DNA of 64,000 nucleotides from Candidatus Omnitrophota bacterium (GCA_043814605.1 JBDRJV010000022.1:149305-213304); one strand, 5' to 3'. Shown: positions 21,816 through 33,513, counted from the first letter of the stretch. Translations and numbers: made by a program. The notes: generated by a model from the sequence alone, not told the origin.

Positions 21816-22701
21816 TAACCCGCCTCGCAATTACAAAACGAAAAATGCCATTTAAATCTGCAAAAAATTCGGGAGTTTCAAAAAAATTACTGTTAATAAT
21901 CAATTTTTCAATTTGTTCTTTCTGATTATCTCCAAATTCAAAAGCAATAAATCCTCTTTTAGCTAAATAAGCCTTTACTCCGGAGATGATTCTATTATAA
22001 AAATCTATGCCTAAAATACCTCCATCCAGTGCATTCTGCGGTTCAAAACACACCTCTACCGGCGCCTTTTCTAAATCATAAGTTGCAAGATAAGGAGGAT
22101 TAGCAACAATTAAGTCAAACTTATCTTGAGTCTGATTTAGGGGTGATAATGCCCGGAATAAATCTCCCTGGATAAAGGTGATTTTATCCCTAACCCCATG
22201 GATTTGAGCATTTTTACGCGCTAATTCCAATGCTTTAGAATTAATATCTGAACTTGTAATTTTACAATATTGCAGACTTTTTGTCAATGCAACAGAAATA
22301 TTCCCGCTGCCTGTACAAAATTCCAGGATTTTAGCTTTTCCCGGGAATTCTTGTCGAATCAAGCTCACCAGCCTGAGAACCAAAACTTCTGTTTCTGGCC
22401 GCGGGATAAAAACCCCTGCTTCCACTTGAAATTTTAAACCAAAGAAATAAGTCTGGCCAATTATGTACTGTAAAGGAATACCGGTTAAGCGTTGTTTTAA
22501 AAATATCTTAAATTTATTTAAAATTGAATCGGAAATCTCTTGATTTAGATTAAGGTATAATTGCAGGCGGCTGCAATTCAGAAGAAAAGCTAATAAAATT
22601 TCCACTTCGCAACGTGAGGATAAATTATTACTTTTCCTCAATAAATCATCACCAAATTTAATTGCTTCAGATATTGTATTTTTCGGTTCTGTTTTTATCA
22701 T
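21808..22701 (-). CDS. prmC: Release-factor glutamine N5-methyltransferase (PrmC/HemK).
   Basis: The SAM-binding motif (LEFCTGSGNISV) and the IVANPPY catalytic motif are present. The gene is immediately downstream of prfA. Confidence 0.9.
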   Translation of the reverse strand: MIKTEPKNTISEAIKFGDDLLRKSNNLSSRCEVEILLAFLLNCSRLQLYLNLNQEISDSILNKFKIFLKQRLTGIPLQYIIGQTYFFGLKFQVEAGVFIPRPETEVLVLRLVSLIRQEFPGKAKILEFCTGSGNISVALTKSLQYCKITSSDINSKALELARKNAQIHGVRDKITFIQGDLFRALSPLNQTQDKFDLIVANPPYLATYDLEKAPVEVCFEPQNALDGGILGIDFYNRIISGVKAYLAKRGFIAFEFGDNQKEQIEKLIINSNFFETPEFFADLNGIFRFVIARRVNG

Positions 22702-22704
22702 TTT

Positions 22705-23172
22705 CTATTTATTTTTCTCTGTTCTTAAGCCCTTCCATTGGTAATTTTCTCCCCATTGCCTAAACCCGTTTTCCGCTGCTTTTTCTGTGTGTTCTGAATT
22801 ATAATTTTTTGGGTTCTTTAAATCCTGGGATTTTGGATTATTTTTTAAATTTAAATTACTTAAATTAAAAAAATCTTCAATAAGAAACATTATGTTTTTA
22901 AAAAAATTGGCTGCTTCTTTATTGCTGAATTGCCCGGAGTTTTCCAGATTAAAAAGATCAAACCCTTTATCAGATAATTTATTTTTTGAATCTTTACTGT
23001 TTACCTGCTTAATCTCCGGAATATTTTTTAACGGCATCTTACTTTCACAAACAACGTTATCATTTTTTTGAGCAACTGAAAGTTCCTGGCTTGAAGAAAA
23101 AGAATTCTCTGCAGAAAAAATCGAAAAACTACTCACGAGGAATGGGATAACTAGTATTTTACTAAAGTTCAT
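22705..23172 (-). CDS. Hypothetical secreted protein.
   Basis: 155-aa ORF with a signal-like N-terminus (ILVIPFLVSSFSIFSA) followed by a low-complexity polar sequence. No homology recognised. Confidence 0.45.
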   Translation of the reverse strand: MNFSKILVIPFLVSSFSIFSAENSFSSSQELSVAQKNDNVVCESKMPLKNIPEIKQVNSKDSKNKLSDKGFDLFNLENSGQFSNKEAANFFKNIMFLIEDFFNLSNLNLKNNPKSQDLKNPKNYNSEHTEKAAENGFRQWGENYQWKGLRTEKNK

Positions 23173-23293
23173 AAATTTCCTGTTCTGGTCAAAAAAATAA
23201 TATTATAATAAAAAATTGCACAGCTTGCAGTGCAACTAAATAAAAATCCTAATTCCTCAAGCTAAAACCTAAATAATAAAACCTTAATTATAT

Positions 23294-24373
23294 TTATTTT
23301 AGTTTTAACTGCTTTTCGGCTTGCATTAATCCAAAAATTAATTCCTCTAAATCACCTTCAAGAATCTGTTCAATTTTATATAAAGTCAACCCAATCCGAT
23401 GGTCAGTTACTCTTCTATCCGGAAAATTATAAGTTCTGATTTTCTCACTTCGGTCTCCGGATCCGATCTGCATCCTTCTTTGATTGGAAATTTTCGATTC
23501 TTGTTCGGTTATCGCATGATCTAATAAACGCGCTCTTAATACCTTTAATGCCTTCGCCCGATTCTTTATTTGCGAACGCTCGTCTTGACATGTAACTACA
23601 ATACCTGTAGGTAAATGCGTCATCCGTACTGCTGAATCTGTTGTATTTACACTTTGTCCACCCGCTCCGGTTGACCTGTAAACATCAACTTTTAAATCAT
23701 TCGGATTAATTTGAATATCCATTTCTTCTGCTTCCGGTAAAACTGCAACACTTACCGCAGAAGTATGAATACGGCCAGAAGCTTCTGTCCGCGGAACTCT
23801 TTGTACCCGATGAATTCCACTCTCAAATTTAAATTTTTTATAAACCCTATTTCCTTCAACCGAGAAGATAACTTCTTTTAATCCGCCCAAAGCCGTGGGG
23901 CTAGAAGCAATCACATCAACCTTAAACCCGCACTTGTCTGCATAATGACTATACATGCGGTAAAGATCCGTAACAAAAAGAGCTGCTTCTTCTCCTCCTG
24001 TACCAGCCCGAATCTCCATTATTATATTTTTTTCTGCTTGAGGATCTGCTTCGATAAGGAATTCTTCCAGTTCAGTATAAAGCTGATTAAAGGCAGTTTT
24101 AAGACTGTTTAGTTCTTCTAAAACTAATTCTAAAAAATCTGGTTCATCTTTTCCCGCTTTGAGTATCAATTCCAAGCGGTTTATTTCATTATTTGTTCTT
24201 TCAAATTCTCTGAATTTATTAATCCGCTGCGCGAGATTAGCCCGTTCTTTAGCAAATTTTTTGTATTCGGAAACATTCTTAATTACTTCCGGATCACTCA
24301 TCCGGTTTTCCAAAAATTGGAAACGGTCATTAAATTCTTTAAATTTTTTTAAAATAAACTCTTTATTTTGCAT
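23294..24373 (-). CDS. prfA: Peptide chain release factor 1.
   Basis: The GGQ motif ([27 protein letters not shown]) and an RF1-type domain 2/4 are present. There is no internal frameshift as seen in prfB, and the gene is linked to prmC. Confidence 0.93.
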   Translation of the reverse strand: MQNKEFILKKFKEFNDRFQFLENRMSDPEVIKNVSEYKKFAKERANLAQRINKFREFERTNNEINRLELILKAGKDEPDFLELVLEELNSLKTAFNQLYTELEEFLIEADPQAEKNIIMEIRAGTGGEEAALFVTDLYRMYSHYADKCGFKVDVIASSPTALGGLKEVIFSVEGNRVYKKFKFESGIHRVQRVPRTEASGRIHTSAVSVAVLPEAEEMDIQINPNDLKVDVYRSTGAGGQSVNTTDSAVRMTHLPTGIVVTCQDERSQIKNRAKALKVLRARLLDHAITEQESKISNQRRMQIGSGDRSEKIRTYNFPDRRVTDHRIGLTLYKIEQILEGDLEELIFGLMQAEKQLKLK

Positions 24374-24560
24374 ATCTTTTCTTGAAGCGTTCTACGCGGC
24401 CGGCTGTATCTACTAACTTCTGTTTTCCCGTATAAAAAGGATGACAGCTACTGCAAATTTCAACACGGATATTTTCTTTTGTACTGCTAACCTGTATCAC
24501 TTCTCCACAAGCACAGGTTATTGTTGTTTGTTTATATTGTGGATGTATTTTGTTTTTCAT
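24363..24560 (-). CDS. rpmE: 50S ribosomal protein L31.
   Basis: 65 aa with CxxC...CxxC zinc-ribbon cysteines (TCACG ... [13 protein letters not shown]). Confidence 0.9.
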   Translation of the reverse strand: MKNKIHPQYKQTTITCACGEVIQVSSTKENIRVEICSSCHPFYTGKQKLVDTAGRVERFKKRYAK

Positions 24561-24711
24561 TCTTCCCTCCGATTATAAGTTTATATTTTACAAAATGTTA
24601 TATAGATTAACTGCCTATTTATATTTTATTAACATAAATAGAAAAGTTTAAGAAAATAATTATACAGTAAAAATTATAAAATTCAACACAAATTTCTAAA
24701 TTAATTCTCAG

Positions 24712-26121
24712 TTAGCCATTTTTGGCTAATGTTAATAAAAATTCCGCATTAGTTGAAACTTTAGAAAGCTTCCCGGTTAAAAGTTCCATAGCTTCGACAC
24801 TGCTTAATTCATTAAGAGCTTTACGTAATATCCAAATTAATTTTAATTCATCATTATTAACCAGTAATTCTTCTTTGCGGGTGTTAGAACGTTTAATATC
24901 AATTGCCGGATAAATTCTTCTTTGGAATAAATTACGATCAAGCTGTAACTCCATATTCCCGGTTCCTTTAAATTCTTCAAAAATTACTTCGTCCATGCGT
25001 GATCCGGTTTCTACCAAGGCTGTGGCTAAAATAGTCAAGGATCCGCCTTCTTCGACATTCCGGGCTGCACCAAAAAACCGCTTTGGTTTTTGTAACGCCG
25101 TTGAATCTACACCACCAGAGAGAATCTTTCCTGAATGAGGGACAACAGTATTATGAGCCCGGGCTAAACGGGTAATACTGTCCAGCAGAATCACTACATC
25201 CCGGCCGCATTCAACCAGTCGTTTAGCTTTTTCCAAAACAATTTCCGCAACCTGAACATGACGCTCCGGGGGCTCATCAAAAGTACTACTAATTACTTCG
25301 CCCTTGACAGAACGCTGCATATCGGTAACTTCTTCTGGCCGTTCATCAATTAAAAGTACAATTAAAATCACATCTTCATTATTAGTCGTTATGCTATTGG
25401 CAATTTTTTGTAAAAGCACTGTCTTACCGCTATAAGGAGGCGCTACGATCAATCCTCTTTGGCCTTTCCCTATCGGGGTTAAAAGATCCATTATCCGGGT
25501 TGAGACTTCCTCTGATGTCGTCTCCAAAATAAAACGATCTTCCGGATATAACGGAGTTAAGTTATCAAATAATATTTTTTCTTTTGCCTTTTCTGGCGCT
25601 TCAAAATTAACCGCTTCCACCTTAAGTAAAGCAAAATAACGCTCTCCTTCTTTGGGGGGACGAATTTGCCCGCTTACCGTATCTCCGGTTTTTAAATCGA
25701 ATTTTCTGATTTGGCTAGGGGATATATAAATATCATCCGGACAAGGCAAATAATTGTAATTCGGACTGCGCAAAAACCCGAATCCATCCGGTAAAACCTC
25801 TAAAATCCCCTCGCCAAACATATTTCCGGCTTTTTCTGCCTGAGCCTGGAGGATTTTAAATATTAAATCTTGTTTTCTCACACCGCTAATCCCAGTTACT
25901 TTTAAATCCTTGGCTGTTTTAATCAGGCTTGAGCCGCTCATTTTCTTTAATTCTCCGATATCCATATTTCCTTCACTTTGCACAATATCCCGGTTCGCAT
26001 AATTAGTCGGCCGGGGCTTATAATTCTTAATCCCTTGCTGCGACCTATTGTTATTGTTGTTATTATTATTGCTATTATTCCATTGTTTAATCTGTTTACT
26101 TTTTTCCGGCTTTGGTTTCAT
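24712..26121 (-). CDS. rho: Transcription termination factor Rho, with an Asn-rich N-terminal extension.
   Basis: A cold-shock-like RNA-binding domain is followed by the RecA-type ATPase ([19 protein letters not shown]...). An extra basic/poly-Asn segment ([11 protein letters not shown]) of about 50 residues precedes the conserved N-terminus. Confidence 0.95.
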   Translation of the reverse strand: MKPKPEKSKQIKQWNNSNNNNNNNNRSQQGIKNYKPRPTNYANRDIVQSEGNMDIGELKKMSGSSLIKTAKDLKVTGISGVRKQDLIFKILQAQAEKAGNMFGEGILEVLPDGFGFLRSPNYNYLPCPDDIYISPSQIRKFDLKTGDTVSGQIRPPKEGERYFALLKVEAVNFEAPEKAKEKILFDNLTPLYPEDRFILETTSEEVSTRIMDLLTPIGKGQRGLIVAPPYSGKTVLLQKIANSITTNNEDVILIVLLIDERPEEVTDMQRSVKGEVISSTFDEPPERHVQVAEIVLEKAKRLVECGRDVVILLDSITRLARAHNTVVPHSGKILSGGVDSTALQKPKRFFGAARNVEEGGSLTILATALVETGSRMDEVIFEEFKGTGNMELQLDRNLFQRRIYPAIDIKRSNTRKEELLVNNDELKLIWILRKALNELSSVEAMELLTGKLSKVSTNAEFLLTLAKNG

Positions 26122-26140
26122 ACGTTTCTCCTTTTTTAAA

Positions 26141-26755
26141 TCATAAGTTATTAAGCATAATTTCTTGCCAAATTTTTTTTACTTGCCGCTCTGTATATTT
26201 TAAAGTCTTACGATTATCTACAACATAATCTGCATACTTAATTTTTTCCGGGTTAGCCATTTGAAACTGCATTCTTTCTTTTACTTGTGAGGGAGACATT
26301 GTTCTGAATTTATGGGCTCTTTTATACTGTTGTTGTTTTGTCGCCTTGACCACAATAATCTTATTCATTCCTAGATACAACCCTGATTCAATTAATAATA
26401 CGGCATCGACAACAATCACTTTTTTTGTTTTACTATTTTTATAAAGTGTAATTTTTTGTTTTAAATATTCAAAAACCCAAGGATGAATTATCCGGCATAA
26501 CTGTTCTTGTTTATCTTTATTAATAAAAGCAATTTTAGCGAGTTTTTTTCGATTAATCGATCCATCAGAATTTAAAATTTCCTTGCCAAATTGGTCCAAA
26601 ACCAATTTGTAACACTCACTATTTTTAAAAAGAGCCTGGTGCGCAATTCTATCGGCATCATAAACAATTGCCCCCAATTTCTTGAACATCTTCAAAACAA
26701 CACTTTTTCCACTAGCAATACCGCCAGTTAACCCGACAATTAAAATATTTTTCAT
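26141..26755 (-). CDS. coaE: Dephospho-CoA kinase.
   Basis: The P-loop [14 protein letters not shown] is present and the size is typical for CoaE. Confidence 0.9.
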   Translation of the reverse strand: MKNILIVGLTGGIASGKSVVLKMFKKLGAIVYDADRIAHQALFKNSECYKLVLDQFGKEILNSDGSINRKKLAKIAFINKDKQEQLCRIIHPWVFEYLKQKITLYKNSKTKKVIVVDAVLLIESGLYLGMNKIIVVKATKQQQYKRAHKFRTMSPSQVKERMQFQMANPEKIKYADYVVDNRKTLKYTERQVKKIWQEIMLNNL

Positions 26756-28164
26756 TTTTTAACTAACTTTTTATATAAAGATTGGTATTCTTTGGCGGAT
26801 TCATCCCAAGAAAACTTACACTCCATTGCTCTCTTTATTAAATCCCCCCAAACTGATTTATTATTATATACACATAATGCACGCTTTAAACATTCCAATA
26901 ACGCTCCTGATTCATAGCGGGAAAAAACAAAACCATTGCCTTGATTTGTAAAAGGATTAAAATCATTTATGGTATCTGCCAAACCGCCTGTTTTACGGAC
27001 TAAAGGAATTGTACCAAAATTTAAACTGATCAATTGCCCCAAACCGCATGGCTCATAAAAAGAAGGCATGAGAAATATATCACTGCCCGCATAAATCTTG
27101 TAGGCTAACACCGCATCAAAAGTTAAATGAATTGAAGTATTTTTATATTTTTTACTAATATTATCAAATAAAACATGATAGCGGGAATCGCCAGTGCCTA
27201 AAAGAATAAATTGAACCGGCATTTGAACTATTTCATCAATTACATTAGCTAGAATATCTAAACCTTTTTGATCCGCCAATCTCGTAATAATTCCGATTAA
27301 AGGAATCTCTTTATCCGTTTTTAAGCCGCCTAATTTCTGCAAATCAATTTTATTTTCATACTTACCTTCGATATCATCCACTCCGTAATTACGCACCAGA
27401 GATTTATTTTTACAGGGATTCCACTCTTCATAATTTATGCCGTTTAAAATCCCCTGGATATCTTTTTTCCTCGTTTTTAATACTCCTTCCAGTCCGCAGC
27501 CGAATTCTGCGGTTTGAATTTCTTGGGCATAAGTCGAACTAACTGTTGTAATTTTATCAGAAAATATCAAGCCGGCTTTTAAAAGATTTATTTTGCCGTA
27601 AAATTCCAGACCTCCGACAGAAAACAACTCTTTCGGCAATCCGGTCTTTTCCATTTCCTCTCTCCAAAAAAGCCCTTGATAACCTAAATTATGTATTGTA
27701 AAAACAGTCTTTATCTTTTTATAAAATGGATCTTTTTTTAACAATGTTTTTAAGTAAACCGGAATTAATCCCGTTTGCCAGTCATTACAATGAATAATGT
27801 CCGGTTTAAATTTTGTTTTTTTAATCAGTTGCAGTACCGCTTGGCAATAATAACTAAATCTGTCGAGGTTATCCGGGTAATCAACCCCGTTATCCTGGTA
27901 CAAGCCATCCCGATCAAAATATTCCTTATGCCCAATAAAAAATATATCCAGATTTTTGCCAAGTTCCTTATAATAAATATTTTTTCCCCTTTCAACCAAA
28001 TTAAATTTTTTAATATCTACTTTAATTTTACGGTAATAAGGCATAATAATCTGCACTTTAATTCCCAGTACCGCCAGAGCCATTGGCAAAGTGCCGGCAA
28101 CATCCGCTAATCCCCCGGTTTTAGCAAAAGGAACCACCTCAGAACTGCAAAATAATAATTTCAT
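26752..28164 (-). CDS. glgA: Glycogen synthase (ADP-glucose type, GT5).
   Basis: The N-terminus MKLLFCSSEVVPFAKTGGLADV (the KTGGL motif) and a C-terminal GT-B domain are present. There is a 4-nt overlap with coaE. Confidence 0.9.
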   Translation of the reverse strand: MKLLFCSSEVVPFAKTGGLADVAGTLPMALAVLGIKVQIIMPYYRKIKVDIKKFNLVERGKNIYYKELGKNLDIFFIGHKEYFDRDGLYQDNGVDYPDNLDRFSYYCQAVLQLIKKTKFKPDIIHCNDWQTGLIPVYLKTLLKKDPFYKKIKTVFTIHNLGYQGLFWREEMEKTGLPKELFSVGGLEFYGKINLLKAGLIFSDKITTVSSTYAQEIQTAEFGCGLEGVLKTRKKDIQGILNGINYEEWNPCKNKSLVRNYGVDDIEGKYENKIDLQKLGGLKTDKEIPLIGIITRLADQKGLDILANVIDEIVQMPVQFILLGTGDSRYHVLFDNISKKYKNTSIHLTFDAVLAYKIYAGSDIFLMPSFYEPCGLGQLISLNFGTIPLVRKTGGLADTINDFNPFTNQGNGFVFSRYESGALLECLKRALCVYNNKSVWGDLIKRAMECKFSWDESAKEYQSLYKKLVKK

Positions 28165-28184
28165 TTTTTTTTATTCCCCTAGTT

Positions 28185-30773
28185 TTATTTTAAATCTTTC
28201 CAGTTTTTACCTGCGTTTAAAATCACCTTTATCGGCACATCTAATTTAATGACATTTTCCATCCGTGTTTTTACGATTTGTTTCACTATCTCTAATTCTT
28301 TATGCGAAACTTCAAAAACTAATTCATCATGTACCTGTAAAAGCATTGCTGCCTTTAATTTTTCCCGCTTAAAAATATCATAAATATCAACCATAGCCAC
28401 TTTTATTAAATCCGCGGCTGTACCCTGAATCGGTGTATTCATCGCTGTACGTTCGGCAAAACTTCGTTGCATTGCATCTTTGGCATGAATTTGCGGAATA
28501 TATCTGCGCCGGTTGAGCAATGTTGTAACGTATCCTTTAGTTTTAGCTTCCTGGATTTGTTGGTTTAAGTAAACTTTAATTTGCGGATAGCGTTTAAAGT
28601 ATTCTTTAATGAATTTTTTTGCCTCATTATGCGTTACTCCGATATCCCGCGCTAAACCATACGCTCCCATTCCATAAATTATGCCAAAGTTAACACGTTT
28701 GGCTAAATTACGCATTTTTTCAGTCACTTGCTCTGGTTCAATTTCAAAGATTAAAGAAGCGGTAAACAAATGGATATCTCGATCCTGTTTAAATGCATTA
28801 GTTAAACGCTTATCTTTGGATAAATGCGCTAAAACTCTTAATTCAATCTGTGAATAATCAGCGGCAATAAACCAATTATCCGGAGCTGAACAAATAAATG
28901 CTTCTCTGATTCTTCTGCCGGTTGGAGTTCTGATCGGAATATTTTGTAAATTCGGAGCACTTGAACTTAACCTGCCGGTTGCGGTAACTGCCTGGTTAAA
29001 TGTTGTATAGATTCGATTTGTTTTTGGATCAATCAACTCTAACAATCCCAGGATATAAGTTGATTTTAATTTTGCTAATTCTCTATATTCTAGAACCATC
29101 GCCGGTAAAACATGTTCGGCAGATAGGCGCAACAGTACCTCCACATTAGTGGAAGGGCCACTCTTGCCTTTTTTAATTACTGATAATTTCAGCTTCTCAA
29201 AAAGAATCTCCGCTAATTGTTTGGGCGAATTAATATTAAATTCACATCCGCTGGATTTATAAATTTCTTTGGTTAACGTATCTAATCTTTCTTGTACTTC
29301 CTGATCAATATCCGCCAGCACTTTTTTATCTACACAGATGCCCGAAATCTCCATCGAAGCTAAAACTTCCACTAAAGGCATTTCCACTTTGTTAAATAAA
29401 TCCGCTAAATCTTTTGCTGCAAATTCTTTCTCAATTACCCGCATTAGTTCTAGTTGAGTTGCACTTTGAGTGCGGGGATTTATATTCGTACCTAAATAGG
29501 TACCCGTAATATCCGCAATGACTCTAATCCCTGCGCCAGGCTCAAGCAAATAAGCCGCAATCATTATGTCAAAAAAAGGTTTTTCTAAAAGTATGGAGTT
29601 CTGTTTAAGCCAAACACATGATTTTTTTAGATCATAACCGACTTTTTTAATTTTTTCATTATGGAAAATAGAATTTAAATCTTCCCGGATATCTTTAATT
29701 TTTAATTTATCATTAAATATAATTTTAAAAATTTGCTCCGGGGAAACAGCAAATTCTATAACATTAATATTCCCGCCGGCTGCTTCTTGTTTTTCTTCAT
29801 CCGGCTTCAGGCAGAAAGATATCTCTTTAATTTGTCCAAGAGAACCTTTAATTTGATCAAATTTGCTTTTTGTTTCGATTGTTATTATCAAAACATTAGT
29901 AGAATCATCTGCAGTTTCTTCTAAAACTGACCGGTAAAGATTTTTAAACTCTAATTCTTGAAAAATTTTTCTTAAAGTCTGCCTGTCTTGCCCCCGGCAC
30001 TCCAAGCCTTCTAAGCTTATTGTAATCGGGGCATCAATCATTACCGTTGCTAATTCCTTACTTAATATTGCTTGTTTGGTAAATTCTTCTAAAAGCTGTT
30101 TTCTTTTTTTCTGCTGAATTTTTCCAGTATTTGCAAAAATTTTTTCTAAACTTCCAAAGCTAGCAATTAATTCTGCTGCTGTTTTAGGGCCAATACCTGG
30201 TACGCCGGGAATATTATCCGCACTATCACCAGTTAGAGCTAAAAGGTCAGTAATTTGGCTGGGAGTAATTTTATACCGTTCAAAAACTTTTTCCGCATCA
30301 ATTTCCCCATTATCCTTTTTTTGAGGATTATAAATTTTAACACGATTATCCACAAGTTGCAACATATCTTTATCCCCGCTTACGATAAAAACATCTAATT
30401 CTTTTTTAAACCGGGTTGCTAATGTGGCAATAATATCATCCGCTTCATATCCGGGTAATTCAAAGATGGGTACACCATAAGCTCGTACAATATCTTTAAT
30501 AATCTCCATTTGGCTTTGTAAATCATCCGGCATAGGTTTACGATGTATTTTATAATCCGCAAATTTTTCATGCCGCAGAGTCGGGCCTTTAAGGTCAAAG
30601 CAAATTGCTAAATAATCCGGCTTTCTTTGATTTTTGAGGCGATTAAGCATATTCACAAAACCGAATACCGCTCCCGTCGGCTGCCCGCTAGACGCACGCA
30701 AATCGCCAATTGCATAAAACGCACGGTAACAATAAGAATTTCCGTCAATAAGATAGAGATTTTTTTTCTGCAT
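28185..30773 (-). CDS. polA: DNA polymerase I.
   Basis: A 5'-3' nuclease domain is followed by the family-A polymerase motifs A, B and C (DYSQIELR, RRxxKxxNFGxxYG, QVHDELVFE). The exonuclease I region reads ITIETKS instead of FDTETDS, so the 3'-5' exonuclease is probably inactive. Confidence 0.95.
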   Translation of the reverse strand: MQKKNLYLIDGNSYCYRAFYAIGDLRASSGQPTGAVFGFVNMLNRLKNQRKPDYLAICFDLKGPTLRHEKFADYKIHRKPMPDDLQSQMEIIKDIVRAYGVPIFELPGYEADDIIATLATRFKKELDVFIVSGDKDMLQLVDNRVKIYNPQKKDNGEIDAEKVFERYKITPSQITDLLALTGDSADNIPGVPGIGPKTAAELIASFGSLEKIFANTGKIQQKKRKQLLEEFTKQAILSKELATVMIDAPITISLEGLECRGQDRQTLRKIFQELEFKNLYRSVLEETADDSTNVLIITIETKSKFDQIKGSLGQIKEISFCLKPDEEKQEAAGGNINVIEFAVSPEQIFKIIFNDKLKIKDIREDLNSIFHNEKIKKVGYDLKKSCVWLKQNSILLEKPFFDIMIAAYLLEPGAGIRVIADITGTYLGTNINPRTQSATQLELMRVIEKEFAAKDLADLFNKVEMPLVEVLASMEISGICVDKKVLADIDQEVQERLDTLTKEIYKSSGCEFNINSPKQLAEILFEKLKLSVIKKGKSGPSTNVEVLLRLSAEHVLPAMVLEYRELAKLKSTYILGLLELIDPKTNRIYTTFNQAVTATGRLSSSAPNLQNIPIRTPTGRRIREAFICSAPDNWFIAADYSQIELRVLAHLSKDKRLTNAFKQDRDIHLFTASLIFEIEPEQVTEKMRNLAKRVNFGIIYGMGAYGLARDIGVTHNEAKKFIKEYFKRYPQIKVYLNQQIQEAKTKGYVTTLLNRRRYIPQIHAKDAMQRSFAERTAMNTPIQGTAADLIKVAMVDIYDIFKREKLKAAMLLQVHDELVFEVSHKELEIVKQIVKTRMENVIKLDVPIKVILNAGKNWKDLK

Positions 30774-30869
30774 AGATTAGTAAAAAACCTTTTCCTGAGG
30801 ATTTAAATATTCCGGCATGAATACCTTGTGGTTTAGTTTTTAATAACTTAATTTTTCTCATTAATACAA

Positions 30870-32807
30870 TTATTCACCGGCCACTGTTTCTCCTGTTGGT
30901 GCGACAATTTTAGCTGTAACAAAAATTAATAGATTTCTTTTTTGTTTATTATCATAGGTACGGCTAAACAGGGTTCCCAGTAACGGCAGCTGCCCCAAAA
31001 CCGGCACACGGTCAACTGTGTGCTCAACCACTTCCCGCATTAAACCTCCCATAACCACAGTATCATTATTATTAACCACAATACTTGCCGTACAATTGCG
31101 TACATTAAAAAAAGGCTGCTTATAAGGAGTTTCCTCGGTCCCGTAATTATACATATCATTATTTATATCAAACTCACTTACTTCCGGCACAAGCGTAAGA
31201 TTTATTGTTTTACCATCCGCACCAACATTAGGCGTAACTTTTAAAATAATTCCGATGTCTCTGGTTTTAAATTCCGCCGGAACTGTAGCATAATACGTAA
31301 CCGTGGTTCCGCTCACAGTTTTATCAAATGTTTGAATATCGTATTTTGTCGGATAACGGTATTCCTTAACAATTTTAATTACTGCCTCCTGTCCGCTGAT
31401 TGTTGTAATTTTAGGGCTGGATAATGTATTACTATCTTTATTTTCTTCAATTGCCGAAAGCACTGCCTGAAATTGGGTAAAATCTAATGTGCCAAAACTA
31501 AAATCAGTCGCACTATTTGCCGGAAATGCATTTGCATATTTTGTATTTTGATCTTTATTAAACGGATAAGTTGTCGGAGATGACGCTCCGGTTGCGGAAA
31601 ATTCTGAATTTAACTTTAAACCTAATGAAAATAAATCATCCGCACCAACTTCCACAAAACGCGCTTCAATCATTACCTGAGGCGGGTTAACATCCAAAAC
31701 CGCAAGCGCTTGTTCAATAATCGCTAAATTGCTAGGCGTATTGCGCACAATTAATGTACTGGTTCGATTATCCAGAAAAATAGTTGCCCCTTCCGGCCAA
31801 CTAACAATTTTCTTGAGAACATCCTCTATGGTTGTGGTTATTTTACCGGAAATACCGCCGGAGCCGCCGACTTTAACTCCTTCATAAGTACGCACTCCTC
31901 CGGAGCTTGAATCTGAAGATTTTTTGTCTTTATTCTTATCCTCTTTACTTCCGGGCGCAATTCCTTCATCCGAACGGATATCGTTAACCGTAACTGTATC
32001 AAACGTCGTAAATGTTGTAAAAGCCGCCAGTCCCTGAGAAAGATGATAAATCCGGGTTATTAAATCTTCGTTCTTAATATTTTTACTGCTGGATATCCAA
32101 ATAAAATCATTTTCAAATCTATACCCTAATCCTTTTGTCCTGAGCATTGATTCTAATGCCTGCGATAGCGTTATTTCTTTTAAATGGATACTGATTGTCC
32201 CAGCGGAATTGACAGCATTTTCATCCATGATTATATTTATCCCGCTCGTCTTGGATAAATATTCAAAAACATCTTTTAATTTCGCATCAGAGAAATCAAC
32301 ACTGACTTTTTTAGCATCGGCAAGATTTTTGATTTTTTTCGTACCGAATTCTTTTTTTTCGTATTTAGATTTTGTGACTAAATCCGGTTCGCTTATTAAC
32401 CAAGCTTTATCTGTTTCTAACATCCTTTGCTCTTGTAATATCTTTTTTTGAATTTGGGCTTGTTTTTGTTGAAAATCTATTTTTGCCTGCATTGCTTCAT
32501 AAATTAACTCACTGATTTCTCTATTGTTAGGCTCGAGAGTTAACGCTTTTTGAAAATTAGTGATTGCCTGGTTAAAATCTAAATTGGTCCAGGCTTGATA
32601 GCCGGCATCAATTAACGCCGAAGTATCATCACCCAATCCCGCCAAAGGATTATCTACAGAAAAACTTTTTTGGTTAGCAATTTGACCCGCAATATTTAAC
32701 GCCTGTTCTTGCTCAAAGTCAACACCCCTTTCTTCCTGTGAAAAAATTGAATTTGGCAAGAAAATCAAAATTAACAAGAGGACAAAACAGCAGATAACAC
32801 GTTTCAT
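30870..32807 (-). CDS. pilQ: Secretin of the PilQ/GspD family.
   Basis: A signal peptide is followed by an N-terminal TPR-like segment and N-domains. The C-terminal secretin domain is present (VVMGGL...RVPVLGQLPLLGTLFSRT...LLIFVTAKIV). The gene is the last in the pilMN-O-P-Q block. Confidence 0.85.
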   Translation of the reverse strand: MKRVICCFVLLLILIFLPNSIFSQEERGVDFEQEQALNIAGQIANQKSFSVDNPLAGLGDDTSALIDAGYQAWTNLDFNQAITNFQKALTLEPNNREISELIYEAMQAKIDFQQKQAQIQKKILQEQRMLETDKAWLISEPDLVTKSKYEKKEFGTKKIKNLADAKKVSVDFSDAKLKDVFEYLSKTSGINIIMDENAVNSAGTISIHLKEITLSQALESMLRTKGLGYRFENDFIWISSSKNIKNEDLITRIYHLSQGLAAFTTFTTFDTVTVNDIRSDEGIAPGSKEDKNKDKKSSDSSSGGVRTYEGVKVGGSGGISGKITTTIEDVLKKIVSWPEGATIFLDNRTSTLIVRNTPSNLAIIEQALAVLDVNPPQVMIEARFVEVGADDLFSLGLKLNSEFSATGASSPTTYPFNKDQNTKYANAFPANSATDFSFGTLDFTQFQAVLSAIEENKDSNTLSSPKITTISGQEAVIKIVKEYRYPTKYDIQTFDKTVSGTTVTYYATVPAEFKTRDIGIILKVTPNVGADGKTINLTLVPEVSEFDINNDMYNYGTEETPYKQPFFNVRNCTASIVVNNNDTVVMGGLMREVVEHTVDRVPVLGQLPLLGTLFSRTYDNKQKRNLLIFVTAKIVAPTGETVAGE

Positions 32808-33511
32808 TTATGCACCATTCCTTTCTCTAATCTAAGGTGCTGTCCTTTTTTTGATACTAACACATATTCTTCGTCGATGTCAAGCACCTTATACCCTAAA
32901 AAATTGCTGTCTTTACTTACCGTAAACACGCGTTGGTCAGTATGTTCTTTAATTTGAGCTACCAATTCATTACTGTACGCTGCATGACGGTATTGAATCT
33001 TAGTATTTTTTTGAGTTTTATCTTTTAAATTAATATATTTATCATCTAAATAATCAATCTGATATTGAAAAATTGTTGAGCCTAAACTAACCAAATAGCT
33101 CCTCTCCTGCATATTAACTTGCGCAACTATTCTTCCATCATCAAAAATCAACCTGCCTTTATATTCTATTTCTAAAGGTTTATAACTGATCTCCACTACC
33201 TCAATTACCGGGTTATCCGATGAAACAACTACTTCTGATTCATCCCGGATAACATGTTTAACAAAAATATCTCTGAATTTTTCTTTATCGAATGATATTT
33301 TTGGGTTAAAGCCATAGTCTGCTTGAATCTTACTCTCATCATCTAATTCGGTTGCGGTTTTAATTATGCGCTTTGCCTTAAGATTCTCGCTTTTTTCTCT
33401 CACGCTATTTCCTTGTCTCAGCAATGAGTTATTTAAAATAACTGCACTAAAAATAAAAATACCCCCTAAAATTGCACAAAGCATTTTTTCCCAACTTCCG
33501 TAATTATTCAT
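32804..33511 (-). CDS. PilP-like pilus assembly protein; the assignment is mainly positional.
   Basis: 235 aa with an N-terminal transmembrane or signal segment. It sits immediately upstream of the secretin, with a 4-nt overlap, in the canonical PilP position. Confidence 0.4.
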   Translation of the reverse strand: MNNYGSWEKMLCAILGGIFIFSAVILNNSLLRQGNSVREKSENLKAKRIIKTATELDDESKIQADYGFNPKISFDKEKFRDIFVKHVIRDESEVVVSSDNPVIEVVEISYKPLEIEYKGRLIFDDGRIVAQVNMQERSYLVSLGSTIFQYQIDYLDDKYINLKDKTQKNTKIQYRHAAYSNELVAQIKEHTDQRVFTVSKDSNFLGYKVLDIDEEYVLVSKKGQHLRLEKGMVHK

Positions 33512-33513
33512 AT

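Noticed and set aside
23294-24373. Whether this release factor is RF2 with a programmed frameshift.
   Set aside because: It is a single uninterrupted ORF, it is linked to prmC, and its N-domain is RF1-like. It was therefore called prfA.
30774-30869. A possible intrinsic terminator after pilQ.
   Set aside because: Only 3-bp stems could be found near the U/A-runs, which is too weak to call.
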